Source of the DNA: Botryllus schlosseri
Lineage: Eukaryota
Assembly: GCA_051294905.1 (NCBI GenBank)
Contig: CM119371.1
Span: 23,934,001-23,998,000 of the forward strand
Direction of reading: 5' to 3'
Length of the DNA stretch: 64,000 nt
In this document: positions 1 through 13,000 of the stretch, piece after piece
How positions within the stretch are numbered: position 1 is the first letter of the stretch
Layout: each line of letters opens with the position of its first letter
Notes under the pieces: generated by a model
Seen by the model: the letters and a program-made list of their open reading frames with translations, nothing else
What the model was told of the DNA's origin: nothing
The model's database searches: none
Program-made: the position numbers and the translations under genes

Positions 1-272
1 TTTAAAAAAAACTAATAAAATAACAAAACATGTTTTAAACAAGAGCATTGTTTGAAACATCGTTGTTTTAATTTGATTCCTGTTTTAAATGCAACCCAAA
101 GTGCCCCTTTAACGCTTAATGAAGGTTCCGTTGCAAAACTTAGTGTCATGTTTCGCTGAGGCAAATGTTGAAATAACTACGCTATTTTCTCAGAACATTT
201 TAGGTACTTATTAACACAAGTGTTTGACATGTACTGTCGATATAATGCAACATTTATACTTGTTGACTTCAG

Positions 273-443
273 ATTCCGGCACTTTGTATTTATTGGTCAT
301 ATTCAACTGCAACTGAGGATCATATATCAGTTCTGTGCAATTTGATGGAGTTTGCTGTGGTAGAACTGGCTCTATTTAATTGGGAAATTGATGCAGAAGG
401 AAGACAAAGACTTGAAGATACACTTCATCTTGAAAACTCAAAG
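273..443 (+). CDS. Candidate internal exon (171 nt, phase 0-0), possibly an LRR-type exon of an upstream NLR paralog
   Basis: ttgacttcAG|ATT...AAG|GTgggt splice sites and an open frame IPALCIYWSYSTATEDHISVLCNLMEFAVVELALFNWEIDAEGRQRLEDTLHLENSK. 171 nt is the typical size of RI-like LRR exons. Confidence 0.4.
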
Positions 444-470
444 GTGGGTTTCTCATTGGCCAGAAGTGGA

Positions 471-3400
471 TTATTATATTCTTTATTCACAGTAAAACTG
501 GTAGATACACACATAATCCGGGGAGCAACCTGCCCCCAAAGGAAAATGGCGAGATTGGAGTAAATTTTTAAAATTTCAGTAATACATTCAAATTGTTATT
601 CCTATGCAATACACGGAGAAGTCAGATTACAGAATTGCAGCAGATGAAGAATTGGCAAGGGTTACAGAGCAGAGGTAGAGATGATTGAAGATGAAGAATG
701 GAAATTACAGAAATTATGCTGTGATTCACAAGTGTAATTTTAGTCCAGTGGAGCATTCAAGGCCTTCCGAAGAATGTGCACAGTGCCCAATAATGTGATT
801 TTCTGGATCATGTCGAATCGAACGTTACCCGGAATTTGTTGGATATGCCTCATGAGTTTTTTGCTCACGACCCCTGTAGCACCAATGACTATCGGTACAA
901 TGTTTATTTTGCATCGCCACATTTTCTCACATTCCATTTTGAGGTCTGCGTATTTGGAGTATTTTTCTGATTCTTTTTGCAATAGGTTGTGATCAGCTGG
1001 GACAGCCAGTTCGATGAATAAGCATTCTCTTTTCTTTTTTAGTTTGACGATTATATCCGGGCGGTTGCTCCTGATTTCGCGGTCAGTTATAACTGGTACA
1101 TCCCACAGAATTTTTACTTGTTCGTTTTCTGTCACTGGTGCTGGGCTGTAATCATACCAATTTTTTGTCGAAGTGGTGATGTTAAAATGTTTGCATAATT
1201 CAAGATGAATGTAGTGACCAATCCTATTGTGTCTCCATGTGTATTCGGTAGCTGCAAGTGCACCACAGCCGGACATGAGATGTGCTACAGTTTCATTTTG
1301 GTTGTGGCACATTCTGCATTTGCCGTCCGTGTTTTGCTTCAGAATTCTTTTGCGATAGTATTTTGTAGGAAGCGATTGGTCTTGTGCTGCGAAAATGAAT
1401 CCTTCGCTTGCCGGTTTCAGGCCAGAGCTGGATAGCCAGGTCCATGAAAGCTCGTCTACATGGGGCTGTGAAGTTAACTTCTTGTGCTGTCCATGAAGAG
1501 GCATCGATTCCCATATCGTTTCTCTCATTTTGAGCATTGCATTTTTGTACTGGACTCGTGCTGCTTTTGCTATTGTTGTGGGTTTGGCAACAGTGTTTTC
1601 AGCAGTGTACAGGTTAGCTGTTTCCATGTTGACTTCTCTGACGTACTTGTCGTGACGGTAGCTCAGAGATTTTGTTTTGCGCTGTTTGTCTTCCTGTGCA
1701 ATGAGTATGCAGTAAATGTTTTCGCTGTTGTTGATGTACTGTGACAAGCCGATGATTTCTGTTTTGAAAGTTTGTTCAATTTCTTGTAGTCCTCGACCAC
1801 CTTTTTTTCTGGGGATGTACAGTCTTTGTGTATCAGATTTTGGGTGATGCATGTGGTGCATTGTCATCAATTTTCTCGTCTTTGTATCCAATTTTTTAAT
1901 TTCATCTTTGCGCCAGTTCACCACACCAAAGCTATATCTCAAGACAGGCACTGCAAGACTGTTTATGGCATTGATTTTGTTTTTGGAATTGAGTTCAGTT
2001 TTGAGAATTGACTTGAGCCTGCTAATGTATTCCTTTTTCAGACTTGATTTCATTGCAGCATGTTTAATGTTGTCGCTTTCACAGATCCCTAGATATTTAT
2101 AGTGATCTTCGGCATTCAATTCTGTTATGGTTTCACCCAGTTTGAAGCTCATGTCGCCAGTGCTGGTGACTCTTCCACGTCGTATGGTAAGTTTTGAGCA
2201 TTTATCCAAGCCAAATTTCATTTTTATATCTTCCGAAAACTCATGAACAATTTTCATTTGGTTATTCAGGTCTGCATCGGATTTCGCGTACAGTTTCAGA
2301 TCATCCATGAACAAAAGGTGATGAATCTTTTGACCTTCAGAGTTTGCTGCTTTTTTCATCACGTATCCTGTTTCATTTTTTCTCAGCAACTCACTGAGTG
2401 GAGCTAAACTGAGGCAGAATAGAAGTGGTGAGAATGAGTCGCCTTGAAAGATACCATTCCGTATCTGAATTGTACAGGTTTCTGTTTCGCCTTGGTCATG
2501 TTTGATCAACAGTTTGGTATGCCAATTTTTCATTGAATCTTCAATAAATCTGATGATGATCGGATTCATTTTGTACATACGCATTGTTTTCAGTATCCAT
2601 GTGTGAGGGACTGAATCGAAAGCTTTTTTGTAGTCTATCCATGCCATGCTGAGGTTAGTGTGTCTCCTCTTGCAGTTTTCAAGAATGGTTTTGTCAAGGA
2701 GCAGGTGGTCCTTACAGCCAAGGGCACCTTCCTTGCATCCTTTCTGCTCAGGCGGAAGGAGGTTTTCTAGGTGTTTGTAGCTTCGTTTTGCCAGGATTTT
2801 GGTCAGTGTTTTGTACATGGTTGTCAGGCATGTTATCGGCCTGTAGTTCTTGGGGTCCCCGGTGTTTTCATTTTTTGGAATAAGATAGGTGATCCCTTGT
2901 GTGAACCAGGCTGGGATCTCGTGCGAGTTGGTTGAGGATAAAAGCTCATTGTAGATCGCCGCTAGGTAATTATGTGTTGCAGTTAGTTTTTTTAGCCAAA
3001 AGTTTTTGATCTGGTCAGGACCAGCTGCTTTCCAGTTCAGTGAACTTTTTAGGGCCTCCTTGATTTCTTGTTTTGTGATTTCTGACCATTGTTGTTCTGG
3101 TGTTTGTAGGTGGTCAGTGTGGAGGTCTTGTATCCAAGTTGCATTTGAGTTGTGCAATTTTTCGGTTTCCCATATTTCTTTCCAAAATGATTCCAGATCT
3201 GCAGTGGCTGGAATTTTGCTGCTGGTAATTTTGTGGTTTGACTTTTGTTTCATCATTCGGAAAAATTGGCCAGGTTTGCGAGTAAATAACAAGTTTTGGC
3301 GATATTGTGTTTCTCGTTTTTTATATCGTTTCAATCGTTGTGCTTTGGCGCATATTCTCATTTTTAATTCCTCTTGCAACATTGTCACTTTTTCTGTTGA

Positions 3401-4450
3401 CTGCAGTTTTGTTTGGTGCTCCAGTTCTATTTTTTTTACTTTATTTTTTACTTTGCGGGAAACATTTCCCTTTTTTAGTTCTGAGAGTATCGCAACATCA
3501 CACCTTAGTTTAGCGATTTTGTTTTCAATTCTGCGTTGCCAAGCTGGCGTGTGGCTTCCCCTTTTTTTGTTGACAGGTCTTGGTATTTTGCAGTGCCTTT
3601 CCGAGATAACTGCCGCAGTGCTGTAAATGAGGTTGTTGATTGTCGTTAAGGGACATTGTGGTCTTTCTCCTTTTTTGTCATTTATTGCAGGTAGTATGGT
3701 TTCTGTCAAAATTTTGTTCGCTACTGCAATATCAGTTTTCAGTTTCTTTGTAATTTGTAGGTCAGGTAAATTCACTCTGTCATTTATATCCAATGTGGAG
3801 TTCATTCGGTCGATAATTTGATTTTTGATCTCCAATTCTAATTCCGTGTCCATGTCATCAACGTTAGGTGGTGTTGGTTCATTCGAGTGCCCGACGGTGT
3901 TTTGTGATTCTACCTCTGGGATGTTCAGGTCTTCAAGTGGTTGTTGCGGATACAGGTCATCTTGGCCGAATTGAAGTTCTAGTGCCTCAGAGTTTTCTGT
4001 GTTTTTGTTACAAATTTCGCTCTCGATTTCTGCGAGTTCTTGTTCTGATAATTTTTTCATTACACAGCGTCTCATGGTTGCCAGGGTATTGGCAGTCATG
4101 GTTGGAGAGTTGTTTGTTCTCTCTTTCCATTTTTGAAAAGTTCCTTCGGTTACTCCTGCCGAGTTTTCAAGTTTGGCTAAGAAGTAACATCTCATTATTT
4201 CTTTATACTCTTCTTTACTCCATCTGTGTCTCTTCTTTTTTTCTTTTGCAGCAGAGCTTTTTTGTGAGCCACAGTTCGGTGTTGCACAGGCGCCATGTTG
4301 AGAAATATCTTCTCTTTGGTGTTCCTGTGTGGTCGGAGTTGAGGAGTCCTCTGGGGTCATCCGCTTGGTCCCACGGCGGGTACGTCCAGGTGCAATATAT
4401 CCAGATCGTTTCGCAGGCATCCACAGCAGTGGTGCGTCAGTTCAGAAGTT
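471..4450 (-). mobile_element. R4/Dong-clade non-LTR retrotransposon, copy 1 (intact ORF)
   Basis: Single RT+RLE ORF. The 3' UTR (471-739) ends AATAAAGAATATAATAA on the minus strand. The 5' boundary is approximate and lies next to an AT/TAA-rich spacer. Confidence 0.88.
740..4420 (-). CDS. Reverse transcriptase / restriction-like endonuclease polyprotein (1226 aa)
   Basis: RT motifs [33 protein letters not shown] and YKYLG; CCHC knuckle CRMC..HLMSGC; RHN; RPDII..IELAV..K..KY PD-(D/E)xK endonuclease. Confidence 0.95.
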   Translation of the reverse strand: MPAKRSGYIAPGRTRRGTKRMTPEDSSTPTTQEHQREDISQHGACATPNCGSQKSSAAKEKKKRHRWSKEEYKEIMRCYFLAKLENSAGVTEGTFQKWKERTNNSPTMTANTLATMRRCVMKKLSEQELAEIESEICNKNTENSEALELQFGQDDLYPQQPLEDLNIPEVESQNTVGHSNEPTPPNVDDMDTELELEIKNQIIDRMNSTLDINDRVNLPDLQITKKLKTDIAVANKILTETILPAINDKKGERPQCPLTTINNLIYSTAAVISERHCKIPRPVNKKRGSHTPAWQRRIENKIAKLRCDVAILSELKKGNVSRKVKNKVKKIELEHQTKLQSTEKVTMLQEELKMRICAKAQRLKRYKKRETQYRQNLLFTRKPGQFFRMMKQKSNHKITSSKIPATADLESFWKEIWETEKLHNSNATWIQDLHTDHLQTPEQQWSEITKQEIKEALKSSLNWKAAGPDQIKNFWLKKLTATHNYLAAIYNELLSSTNSHEIPAWFTQGITYLIPKNENTGDPKNYRPITCLTTMYKTLTKILAKRSYKHLENLLPPEQKGCKEGALGCKDHLLLDKTILENCKRRHTNLSMAWIDYKKAFDSVPHTWILKTMRMYKMNPIIIRFIEDSMKNWHTKLLIKHDQGETETCTIQIRNGIFQGDSFSPLLFCLSLAPLSELLRKNETGYVMKKAANSEGQKIHHLLFMDDLKLYAKSDADLNNQMKIVHEFSEDIKMKFGLDKCSKLTIRRGRVTSTGDMSFKLGETITELNAEDHYKYLGICESDNIKHAAMKSSLKKEYISRLKSILKTELNSKNKINAINSLAVPVLRYSFGVVNWRKDEIKKLDTKTRKLMTMHHMHHPKSDTQRLYIPRKKGGRGLQEIEQTFKTEIIGLSQYINNSENIYCILIAQEDKQRKTKSLSYRHDKYVREVNMETANLYTAENTVAKPTTIAKAARVQYKNAMLKMRETIWESMPLHGQHKKLTSQPHVDELSWTWLSSSGLKPASEGFIFAAQDQSLPTKYYRKRILKQNTDGKCRMCHNQNETVAHLMSGCGALAATEYTWRHNRIGHYIHLELCKHFNITTSTKNWYDYSPAPVTENEQVKILWDVPVITDREIRSNRPDIIVKLKKKRECLFIELAVPADHNLLQKESEKYSKYADLKMECEKMWRCKINIVPIVIGATGVVSKKLMRHIQQIPGNVRFDMIQKITLLGTVHILRKALNAPLD

Positions 4451-4506
4451 AGGTTAATTTAAAGTAATAATTAATTATTATTAATTAATTTCTTAATACA
4501 ACCAAA

Positions 4507-6835
4507 TTATATTCTTTATTCACAGTAAAACTGGTAGATACACACATAATCCGGGGAGCAACCTGCCCCCAAAGGAAAATGGCGAGATTGGAGTAATTTT
4601 TTTAAAATTTCAGTAATACATTCAAATTGTTATTCCTATGCAATACACGGAGAAGTCAGATTACAGAATTGCAGCAGATGAAGAATTGGCAAGGGTTACA
4701 GAGCAGAGGTAGAGATGATTGAAGATGAACAATCGAAATTACAGAAATTATGCTGTGATTCACAAGTGTAATTTTAGTCCAGTGGTGCATTCAAGGCCTT
4801 CCGAAGAATGTGCACAGTCCCCAATAATGTGATCTTTTGGATCATGTCGAATCGAACGTTACCCGGAATTTGTTGGATATGTCTCATGAGTTTTTTGCTC
4901 ACGACCCCTGTAGCGCCAATGACTATCGGTACAATGTTTATTTTGCATCGCCACATTTTCTCACATTCCATTTTGAGGTCTGCGTATTTGGAGTGTTTTT
5001 CTGATTCTTTTTGCTGTAGGTTGTGATCAGCTGGGACAGCCAGTTCAATGAATAAGCATTCTCTTTTCTTTTTTAGTTTGACGATTATATCCGGGCGGTT
5101 GCTTCTGATTTCGCGGTCAGTTATAACTGGTACATCCCACAGAATTTTTACTTGTTCGTTTTCTGTCACTGGTGCTGGGCTGTAATCGTACCAATTTTTT
5201 GTCGAAGTGGTGATGTCAAAGTGTTTGCATAATTCAAGATGAATGTAGTGACCAATCCTATTGTGTCTCCATGTGTATTCGGTAGCTGCAAGTGCACCAC
5301 AGCCGGACATGAGATGTGCTACAGTTTCATTTTGGTTGTGGCACATTCCGCATTTGCCGTCCGTGTTTTGCTTCAGAATTCTTTTGCGATAGTATTTTGT
5401 AGGAAGCGATTGGTCTTGTGCTGCGAAAATGAATCCTTCGCTTGCCGGTTTCAGGCCAGAGCTAGATAGCCAGGTCCATGAAAGCTCGTCTACATGGGGT
5501 TGTGAAGTTAACTTCTTGTGCTGTCCATGAAGAGGCATCGTCTCCCATATCGTTTCTCTCATTTTGAGCGTTGCATTTTTGTACTGGACTCGTGCTGCTT
5601 TTGCTATTGTTGTGGGTTTAGCAACAGTGTTTTCTGTGGTGTACAGGTTAGCTGTTTCCATGTTGACTTCTCTGACGTACTTGTCGTGACGATAGCTCAG
5701 AGATTTTTATTTGCGCTGTTTGTCTTCCTGTGCAATGAGTTTGCAGTAACTGTTATCGCTGTTGTTGATGTACTGTGACAAGCCGATGATTTCTGTTTTG
5801 AAAGTTTGTTCAATTTCTTGTAGTCCTCGACCACCTTTTTTTTCTGGGGATGTACAGTCTTTGTGTATCAGATTTTGGGTGATGCATGTGGTGCATTGTC
5901 ATCAGTTTTCTCGTCTTTGTGTCCAATTTTTTAATTTCATCTTTGCGCCAGTTCACCACACCAAAGCTATATCTCAAGACAGGCACTGCAAGACTGTTTA
6001 TGGCATTGATTTTGTTTTTGGAATTGAGTTCAGTTTTGAGAATTGACTTGAGCCTGCTGATGTATTCTTTTTTTAGATTTGATTTCATTGCAGCATGTTT
6101 AATGTTGTCGCTTTCACAGATCCCTAGATATTTATAGTGATCTTCGGCATTCAATTCTGTTATGGTTTCGTCCATTTTGAAGTTCATGTCGCCAGTGCTG
6201 GTGGCTCTTCCACGTCGTATGGTAAGTTTTGAGCATTTATCCAAGCCAAATTTCATTTTTATATCTTCCGAAAACTCATGAACAATTTTCATTTGGTTAT
6301 TCAGGTCCGTATCGGATTTCGCATACAGTTTCAGATCATCCATGAACAAATGGTGATGAATCTTTTGACCTTCAGAATTTGCTGCTTTTTTCATCACGTA
6401 TCCTGTTTCTTCTTTTCTCAGCAACTCACTGAGTGGAGCTAAGCTGAGGCAGAATAGAAGTGGTGAGAATGAGTCACCTTGGAAGATACCATTGCATATC
6501 TGAATTGTACAGGTTTCTGTTTCACCTTGGTCATGTTTGATCAACAGTTTTGTATGCCAATTTTTCATTGAATTTTCAATAAATCTGATGATGATCGGAT
6601 TCATTTTGTACATACGCATTGTTTTCAGTATCCACGTGTGAGGGACTGAATCGAAAGCTTTTTTGCAATCTATCCATGCCATGCTGAGGTTAGTGTGTCT
6701 CCTCTTGCAGTTTTCAAGAATGGTTTTGTCAAGGAGCAGGTGGTCCTTACAGCCAAGGGCGCCTTCCTTGCATCCTTTCTGCTCAGGCGGTAGAAGATTT
6801 TCTAGGTGTTTGTAGCTTCGTTTTGCCAGGATTTT
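4507..6835 (-). mobile_element. R4/Dong-clade retrotransposon, copy 2 (5'-truncated, frameshifted)
   Basis: Near-identical to about 474-2800 including the 3' UTR. ORFs 5810-6682 and 4774-5661 are split by an extra T in a T-run near 5835-5843. Homology stops at about 6835, next to ttattattaa. Confidence 0.9.
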
Positions 6836-7046
6836 TATTATTAATGAGGAGTTTTAAGTGCGCGTGTCGCCGTTTCCGGCCTTGTGCACCACGGGCAAAA
6901 TATGTTATCAAGGATCAAATTTTCGTGCTCTGGGACATAGGTTTATAATAAATTTCAAACTATATATACAAGCTACAAGTGGATAATATGCTTCTCACTC
7001 TAAACTTGCCTTGGTAATCATTCCATTTGTGGAGTCGACAGGGAGT

Positions 7047-8025
7047 CAGTGTTGGGATCAAGTCACTACCTTCGAATCACGAGTCATCTCGAGTCGTTTC
7101 ACATTTTGACTCGAGTCAAGTCAAGTCAATCGATTTTTGAAGGTGACTCGAGTCAAGTCAAGTCTCTCGTTTTTTGGAGGTGACTCGAGTCAAGTCAAGT
7201 CACGAGTCAAGTCACAATTCAAGTCAAATTGAATTTTCGAAGTATCAGTGACGATTTATAGTCATTACATTTTGCTAGCTGTGTGAAAACAGAACAATTG
7301 GTCATTCATCCTGAATCAAATAACAAAAATACACTTGAATATGCATGCAAGAAGGCGCTGTATCGCTCATGCATACCTAGAACTGCAAATAAAATACGTG
7401 AGTAACTGTATATAGCTACATGCTAAAGTCTGTTATTATCAGTCATGAGGATCGAATACCTAGCCTCGAGAAGTTGAAACAATTTGATTTGGTACAATAC
7501 ACTACCCATCTACGTATTCGTGAGAATATAAACGCATACACTATATTCGCTCGATTTAAATCATACAAGAGGGTTGGTAAAGCTGATCACTGCGCAATGT
7601 AAGCACTAAACCGTCTAAGAAATAGAGATACGTTACTATTAGAATAATATTAACCTACTTCTACTACGACAACGTAAGCTGTGATCATTTCGTGTGTGGT
7701 CAATTTATTTGTGTTGTAACAATAGAGGATCATTAGTGAAACGTACATGACTGGTTAGTGGTTACTTTCACAATGTGACACAGGCGTATCGCGACAATAC
7801 GAACATGCAGAAAATACAGTAATTTAATCGACACCGTTTACTTGATGACTTGAAATTGACTCGTACATTTTGCTCCGAGTCACGAGTCAATCAGCATTTT
7901 TGAAGCGCCGAGTCAAGTCAAGTCAAGTCATTTTTCCAAAGTGACTCGAGTCAAGTCAAGTCATACGAAAAAGTCGACTCGAGTCTGATTCGAGTCAAGT
8001 CATGACTCGAGTCATCCCAAAACTG
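7047..8025. mobile_element. hAT-type MITE with subterminal GACTCGAGTC / (AAGTC)n repeats
   Basis: Ends CAGTGTTGGGAT ... ATCCCAAAACTG. Flanks cagggagt / caggggagt (8-bp TSD with one indel). Confidence 0.75.
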
Positions 8026-9052
8026 CAGGGAGTTCTCTCGTTCCATTCCGCGATGTGGTCTTTTTGATCTACTAACTGGAATCTTTCAGGATTCTTCGCC
8101 TTGCTGCGTCTATGCACGCTGTTACAACATCGTTTGAAAACTCACGATACAGCGTTACTATCGTTAGTATTCATAATGACAAAATTACTGTAACTCCGTG
8201 AATTTCATGCTAGGTTTTCTTCCCTGGTGTGACACAACCGAACCGCACTTATGAGGGCAAACGGGTCACAAAACCTTCCCCATTATTTTGACCAATGGCA
8301 AATTATAGCAATTTATTTGAGCTTGCTTCCCAAGCGCAAAATTGGATAAAACCTGGGTCAGTCGAAAGATACTGCGGATATTATTCAAGAAATGTAAGCT
8401 GTCTTTGCTCATTGACCTCGAAACCACCCAAAATCGGACAAAACTTTGTCACGTAATAATGACGTTGGCTTGTTACCTGGGCCAAATCGATTAGATCGAT
8501 TTGAAGTGCAATCACGCCTCGGAGAATAATTGCGCAATTGATAACGAGTGTCGAGATATTCTATCGCTTCAATAGGCATTAGTACAAGAGCGATGCCAAT
8601 AAGGTCTTTCACGTGGAAAGCTTTCTTTACTTGACTGACAGGCAATTTCTTGAGATCATCCACTCTAGATAGACCTATCTATGAAAATATCTATGAAAAT
8701 ATCTGAATTTGGTCTTAGTATCCCAATTTTATATAGTGCGGAAAGCAAATGGATTTAAAAGTTGAATCCGGTCAGCGAGCTGAAATGTTTGCCCACCCCT
8801 GGTTTAGCTCATGGATAGTGTTTGTATCTCCAATGTCCGCGCCCTTAATGTTAAGTACTTTTTGCATAGCTCGTTGTACTGTACTCAAACTCATCATATA
8901 TTGATCATAATGCATGCACAATATTCTGTATGGTAATCGATGATACTTTGCATCCGTTACTTGTAATAGTGTTGGGAAAATATTCCCGAATCGCTTTTTT
9001 GTGGCATTATATACTTTCCTTCATGAGATTTTGTTTTCATGTATTTCTACAG

Positions 9053-9115
9053 GTCACAGGTGTCGAATTTCCGGACGGAAGTATCCTTTACAAGCGTGCG
9101 TCAATGCGGACCTAA
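9053..9115 (+). CDS. Candidate terminal coding exon (VTGVEFPDGSILYKRASMRT*)
   Basis: Strong polypyrimidine/acceptor ttgttttcatgtatttctacAG; phase 0, compatible with exon 273-443; AATAAA downstream. Speculative. Confidence 0.25.
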   Translation, partial: VTGVEFPDGSILYKRASMRT

Positions 9116-9823
9116 ATTCGCAACGTTATTGATAGCAAGAATAAATGAGGACGTAGTACAAATATTCCATCGAAACGACAACGCCAAATTAAACACATTG
9201 GACGGAATTTCCGAACTCAACATACTTTCAAAATTCGCATAACGAAATGCTGCGAAGTAATTTCGAAAATCAAGAACGGCAAATGTATTGCTGTTTGCAG
9301 CAGTTTATGTTAACCTTCAACATTTCGTAAATCTCTAATAAAGATGATCATCAATTTTAATTCCTAAAAAATCACTTCAACGGTACTCAAACTTTCCTTC
9401 CACGTCCTTATTTGCTCGTGGGGAACGTTTATGAATCAACATTGAGAGAATGTATTTGTGAGTTTGGTGCCATATGAGGTGAAGACTAATTACAATCATT
9501 ACCCCTTTACAACGTTAGAAATGCATAGTCAATCAATTACTTTACACGTGTAGAATGTATGTGAGGCATGACCAATGCTGATTTTATTAATGGAAAATTA
9601 CGAAATTGTGGGTCAGTAATACATGACGTGCCACGAAAATGACGTCGAAAACACTACAAACTAGATTATTGTGGAATCGACTCATCATCGACAAATAACT
9701 GTTTGTTTGTATTCTAATGAATGCATGATAATCTAGTAATTGTAGTGTTGTAATGTTTATTAATTTCAGTTTCCGGGGTTAATTTGAAATTTTCTCATAG
9801 AATCCGTTTGATTTTTATAGTAG

Positions 9824-10036
9824 CAGTGGTTCTCAAATTGGGGGTTGTGAAGGCATCTGAAGGGGGGCGCGAAGATGCGGTCAACTGCAATTTCATAGTT
9901 ATTGCTCCGTGTATTGTCCTAATTTCATAATTGAAAATTCTCCCATCAACATTTACAACCTTCCATGCCATCAACCTATACGTAGCGATCGCAAGCATTA
10001 AGGTTGACGTGTCTAAAAAGAATTTGAGAACCACCG
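9824..10036. mobile_element. Short hAT-type MITE (same family as 30586-30914)
   Basis: CAGTGGTTCTCAAA ... TTTGAGAACCACCG ends and shared internal sequence. TSD not conserved. Confidence 0.6.
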
Positions 10037-13000
10037 CCCTAAATTGTGATTAACATGTCTGACATCGATTCATGATCTCTTTACGTATCGTAAATTACTA
10101 AAGAAAGATGTTTATAATCACGTTATAGTGTCACTGTCGACGCTTAAGTATTCAGAGATTGATTGTCTGTTTGTGTGAGTTTTATGACTATGTCGGGCTA
10201 CTATTTTATTCGCTTTTAAGATCGCTATCTCAATATTGTAGTTCATATGAATGTGAATTTGGACCGATGCAGCTGTCGTCGCCACGGATAATAATATTAT
10301 ATAATACCGGAAGAGAATCATGTGAGTTGTATGCAGTATTACATAACGAAATGCTTAAATTATTTATTTGATGAACGATAAATACTAAAAATGGAACAAA
10401 AATATCTTTATGTGTTTACGTAGTGAGTTTACGAATCTATTTAGATGTTATCCAGTATAATCGTTTTATTAATCAGTGTGTTTTGATCAATAAATCTTTA
10501 ATCACCAACGCATTGACTTTTAAAAGTGGATGTAATAAATTGGGGTTAGGCCTACAACTATAAGGTTTAAATTTACTTTTCCCACATTATAGCATATTGC
10601 GACCCGGAATTACAGTTATACCAGGGAAAAGGAGCAGTCACAATGTGGATGTGCCGGGCTTTCTTTCAAGCATTTTAAACAGTTAAATGCAGGAGAATGT
10701 AGCGTCCTTGTCTCACACCATATATTACAGGAGTGTCAGAACTGCAGCCAGCTAAATTCACGCGGCTCATTGAGATTTTGATTACGACTATTGCGTTTGA
10801 CTACATTGTCGAGAAGTTTACCGTAATCGTAAAACAATCAATTTCATCGCGTTTTAACTTTCTGCATTTTAACTAATACAATAGATCTATATTCATTTAC
10901 ATTGTGAAGCATCACATATCTCAGTTTTTGTTTTGAGCTGCAAATAAACATAATCTACCTATGCTTGATATTTGGCGATGCAACAAACTCGACGGAATAA
11001 TCGCGATTCAGGGGCAATTTTCTTTTTCTAAACACATTCGTTCCCTGGTACTGGTAAATTACCGACTTCATCACATCATGTGGCGGGCTTTTAAGCTCGT
11101 GGGGTTCTTGGGGAGTTATCGAAGCTGCTTATTGTGGCGAAATATAACGCTAGGTACGCAGGCGTCCCGATGGTTTAATTCCGCGTCGGAGGTTCATATG
11201 GGCTCCTGTTCACCCGTGTCGACGTACGATCCAAGAAAAAAAAAAGATTAAGAATCTACTATAAATAGAAACGATTTGTAAAGAGTTGGAAAGAACATTA
11301 TTATTTACATCGAAAAACTGTGGCTTCGGGCACTAGGCCGAAATGGGTACCGGATTAAGAAACCGCAACTGGTCGCTTAAGCATCCTTCTATCTATCTCT
11401 CCGTTGCATTGCATTGTGTCTTATGTATCGCATTTTAACTTGTATCTGCCTTGATCGGATGGACAGATTTAACTCCAAGCTGCATATGATGATGCTGTTC
11501 TTATTTTACCGACTTATATTCGCCAGCGCGCGATATCAGAACGAAAGGCAATGCTTTTCACTAAAATGGGCGGTCGGAGGATTTTTATCGCAACTACTAT
11601 AAACAGGCTAGAATACCCGTTGTAGAATTGATTACACTAGCGCACCAGATTCACCTGGTAGGCTTTGCAAATCGCAGGTTGGCATAATTTCAGGCAGTGA
11701 CGATATCTACGACGTTTTCAGATGGATTAACGATGCGAGTAATATAATTTATAAAATTGCGATGCACTAATCGGCACGGGCAGGTCCGTGCGTATTTTTG
11801 AACTTACCCACTTCCCATATACTTATTCATCCACGCCGTCGGGCATTTTTGACGGTGTTTCGACCCATACCTCATACCTAGGGTTGCATTTAAAACAAAA
11901 ATCAATTTAAAACAAACATGTTTAAAGCAAGGCCCCAATTCAAAATATGTTTTTTTATTGTTTTTCGTGTATTTTTTAGTCAATATTCAATTGTGACGTC
12001 CTCTAGTGGATTGACTTTGACAATTGAAAATATAGGGTAAAAATAGCTCCTTTGATGAAATATATGTACTATTGCTGTTTTGCAGACTATTTTGAGGGTT
12101 CAAACCATCCCATATTGATATACGTCGGCTATATCGGGTGGTGATTGTCCGTAGGCTCATACAACATGTTTTTTGTAAAGTATTTCCACAATTAAGGCAT
12201 ACTTTTACAACTTAAAAAAAAAACGCAACTTTTTTTGAAAGCTTTTTTTAAAACATTGTTTAACGAAAGGATTATAATTAATAGGGGCACTGTTATCTTC
12301 ATAATCTAACGTTCGCGGTTTATGAAGAAGATAGCAGTGGAACATTCAATTACTCCTTTATCTGATCATGGCCGAGTAATTGAAGGAACAATATCATTGG
12401 AGAATCGAGGATTAAAATGAGGAGGGACTTACTAAATACGAAAATTTGTTTACAAATCCATGATGCATTGTACCCGAGTTGTTGAATTCTTTAATTTTAA
12501 TCATTTCGATCATTCATAATACAATCCAAATTTCAATCATTCAATTTCTAGTGGCGAGTTTACTCGCGAAGAATGTGTGATACATTGGGATTCGTCAATA
12601 ATGTCAGTGCTTCTATCGTGCAGTAAATCGATGTATATACAATACATATATACTAACTACCTAAGAGATTTACAATAGTTTTAACTTTACAAAATTGTAT
12701 TTTATCACAATTATCGCGCCCTAGTGATGCTACTGGAGTGGTTCTCAACCTTTTTGACATCGCGGCGCCCTTCGGAAATGAAGAATAGTTCGCGGCACAC
12801 CATAGCAGCGGTTCTGAATTTTATTGACTTACGGCACCTGTAAACTACCAGAATACTTAGTAACGCCGACTAATGGGACCACCTCTGCAGTCAATCCAAA
12901 ATGTTTCTGTTCTTCCTTTTTTTAAATAAACTGCTCCATTTTAATAATTCTAAAGCTAAACATTTGTACGTAAAGCGTCCCTCATAAAGCTTACTAAGCC

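Noticed and set aside
774..6137. Plus-strand ORFs over the R4 copies
   Set aside because: Antisense shadows of the retrotransposon ORF.
8409..8663. ORF starting MDDLK as a LINE RT remnant
   Set aside because: Only a superficial DD motif; no other supporting motifs recognised.
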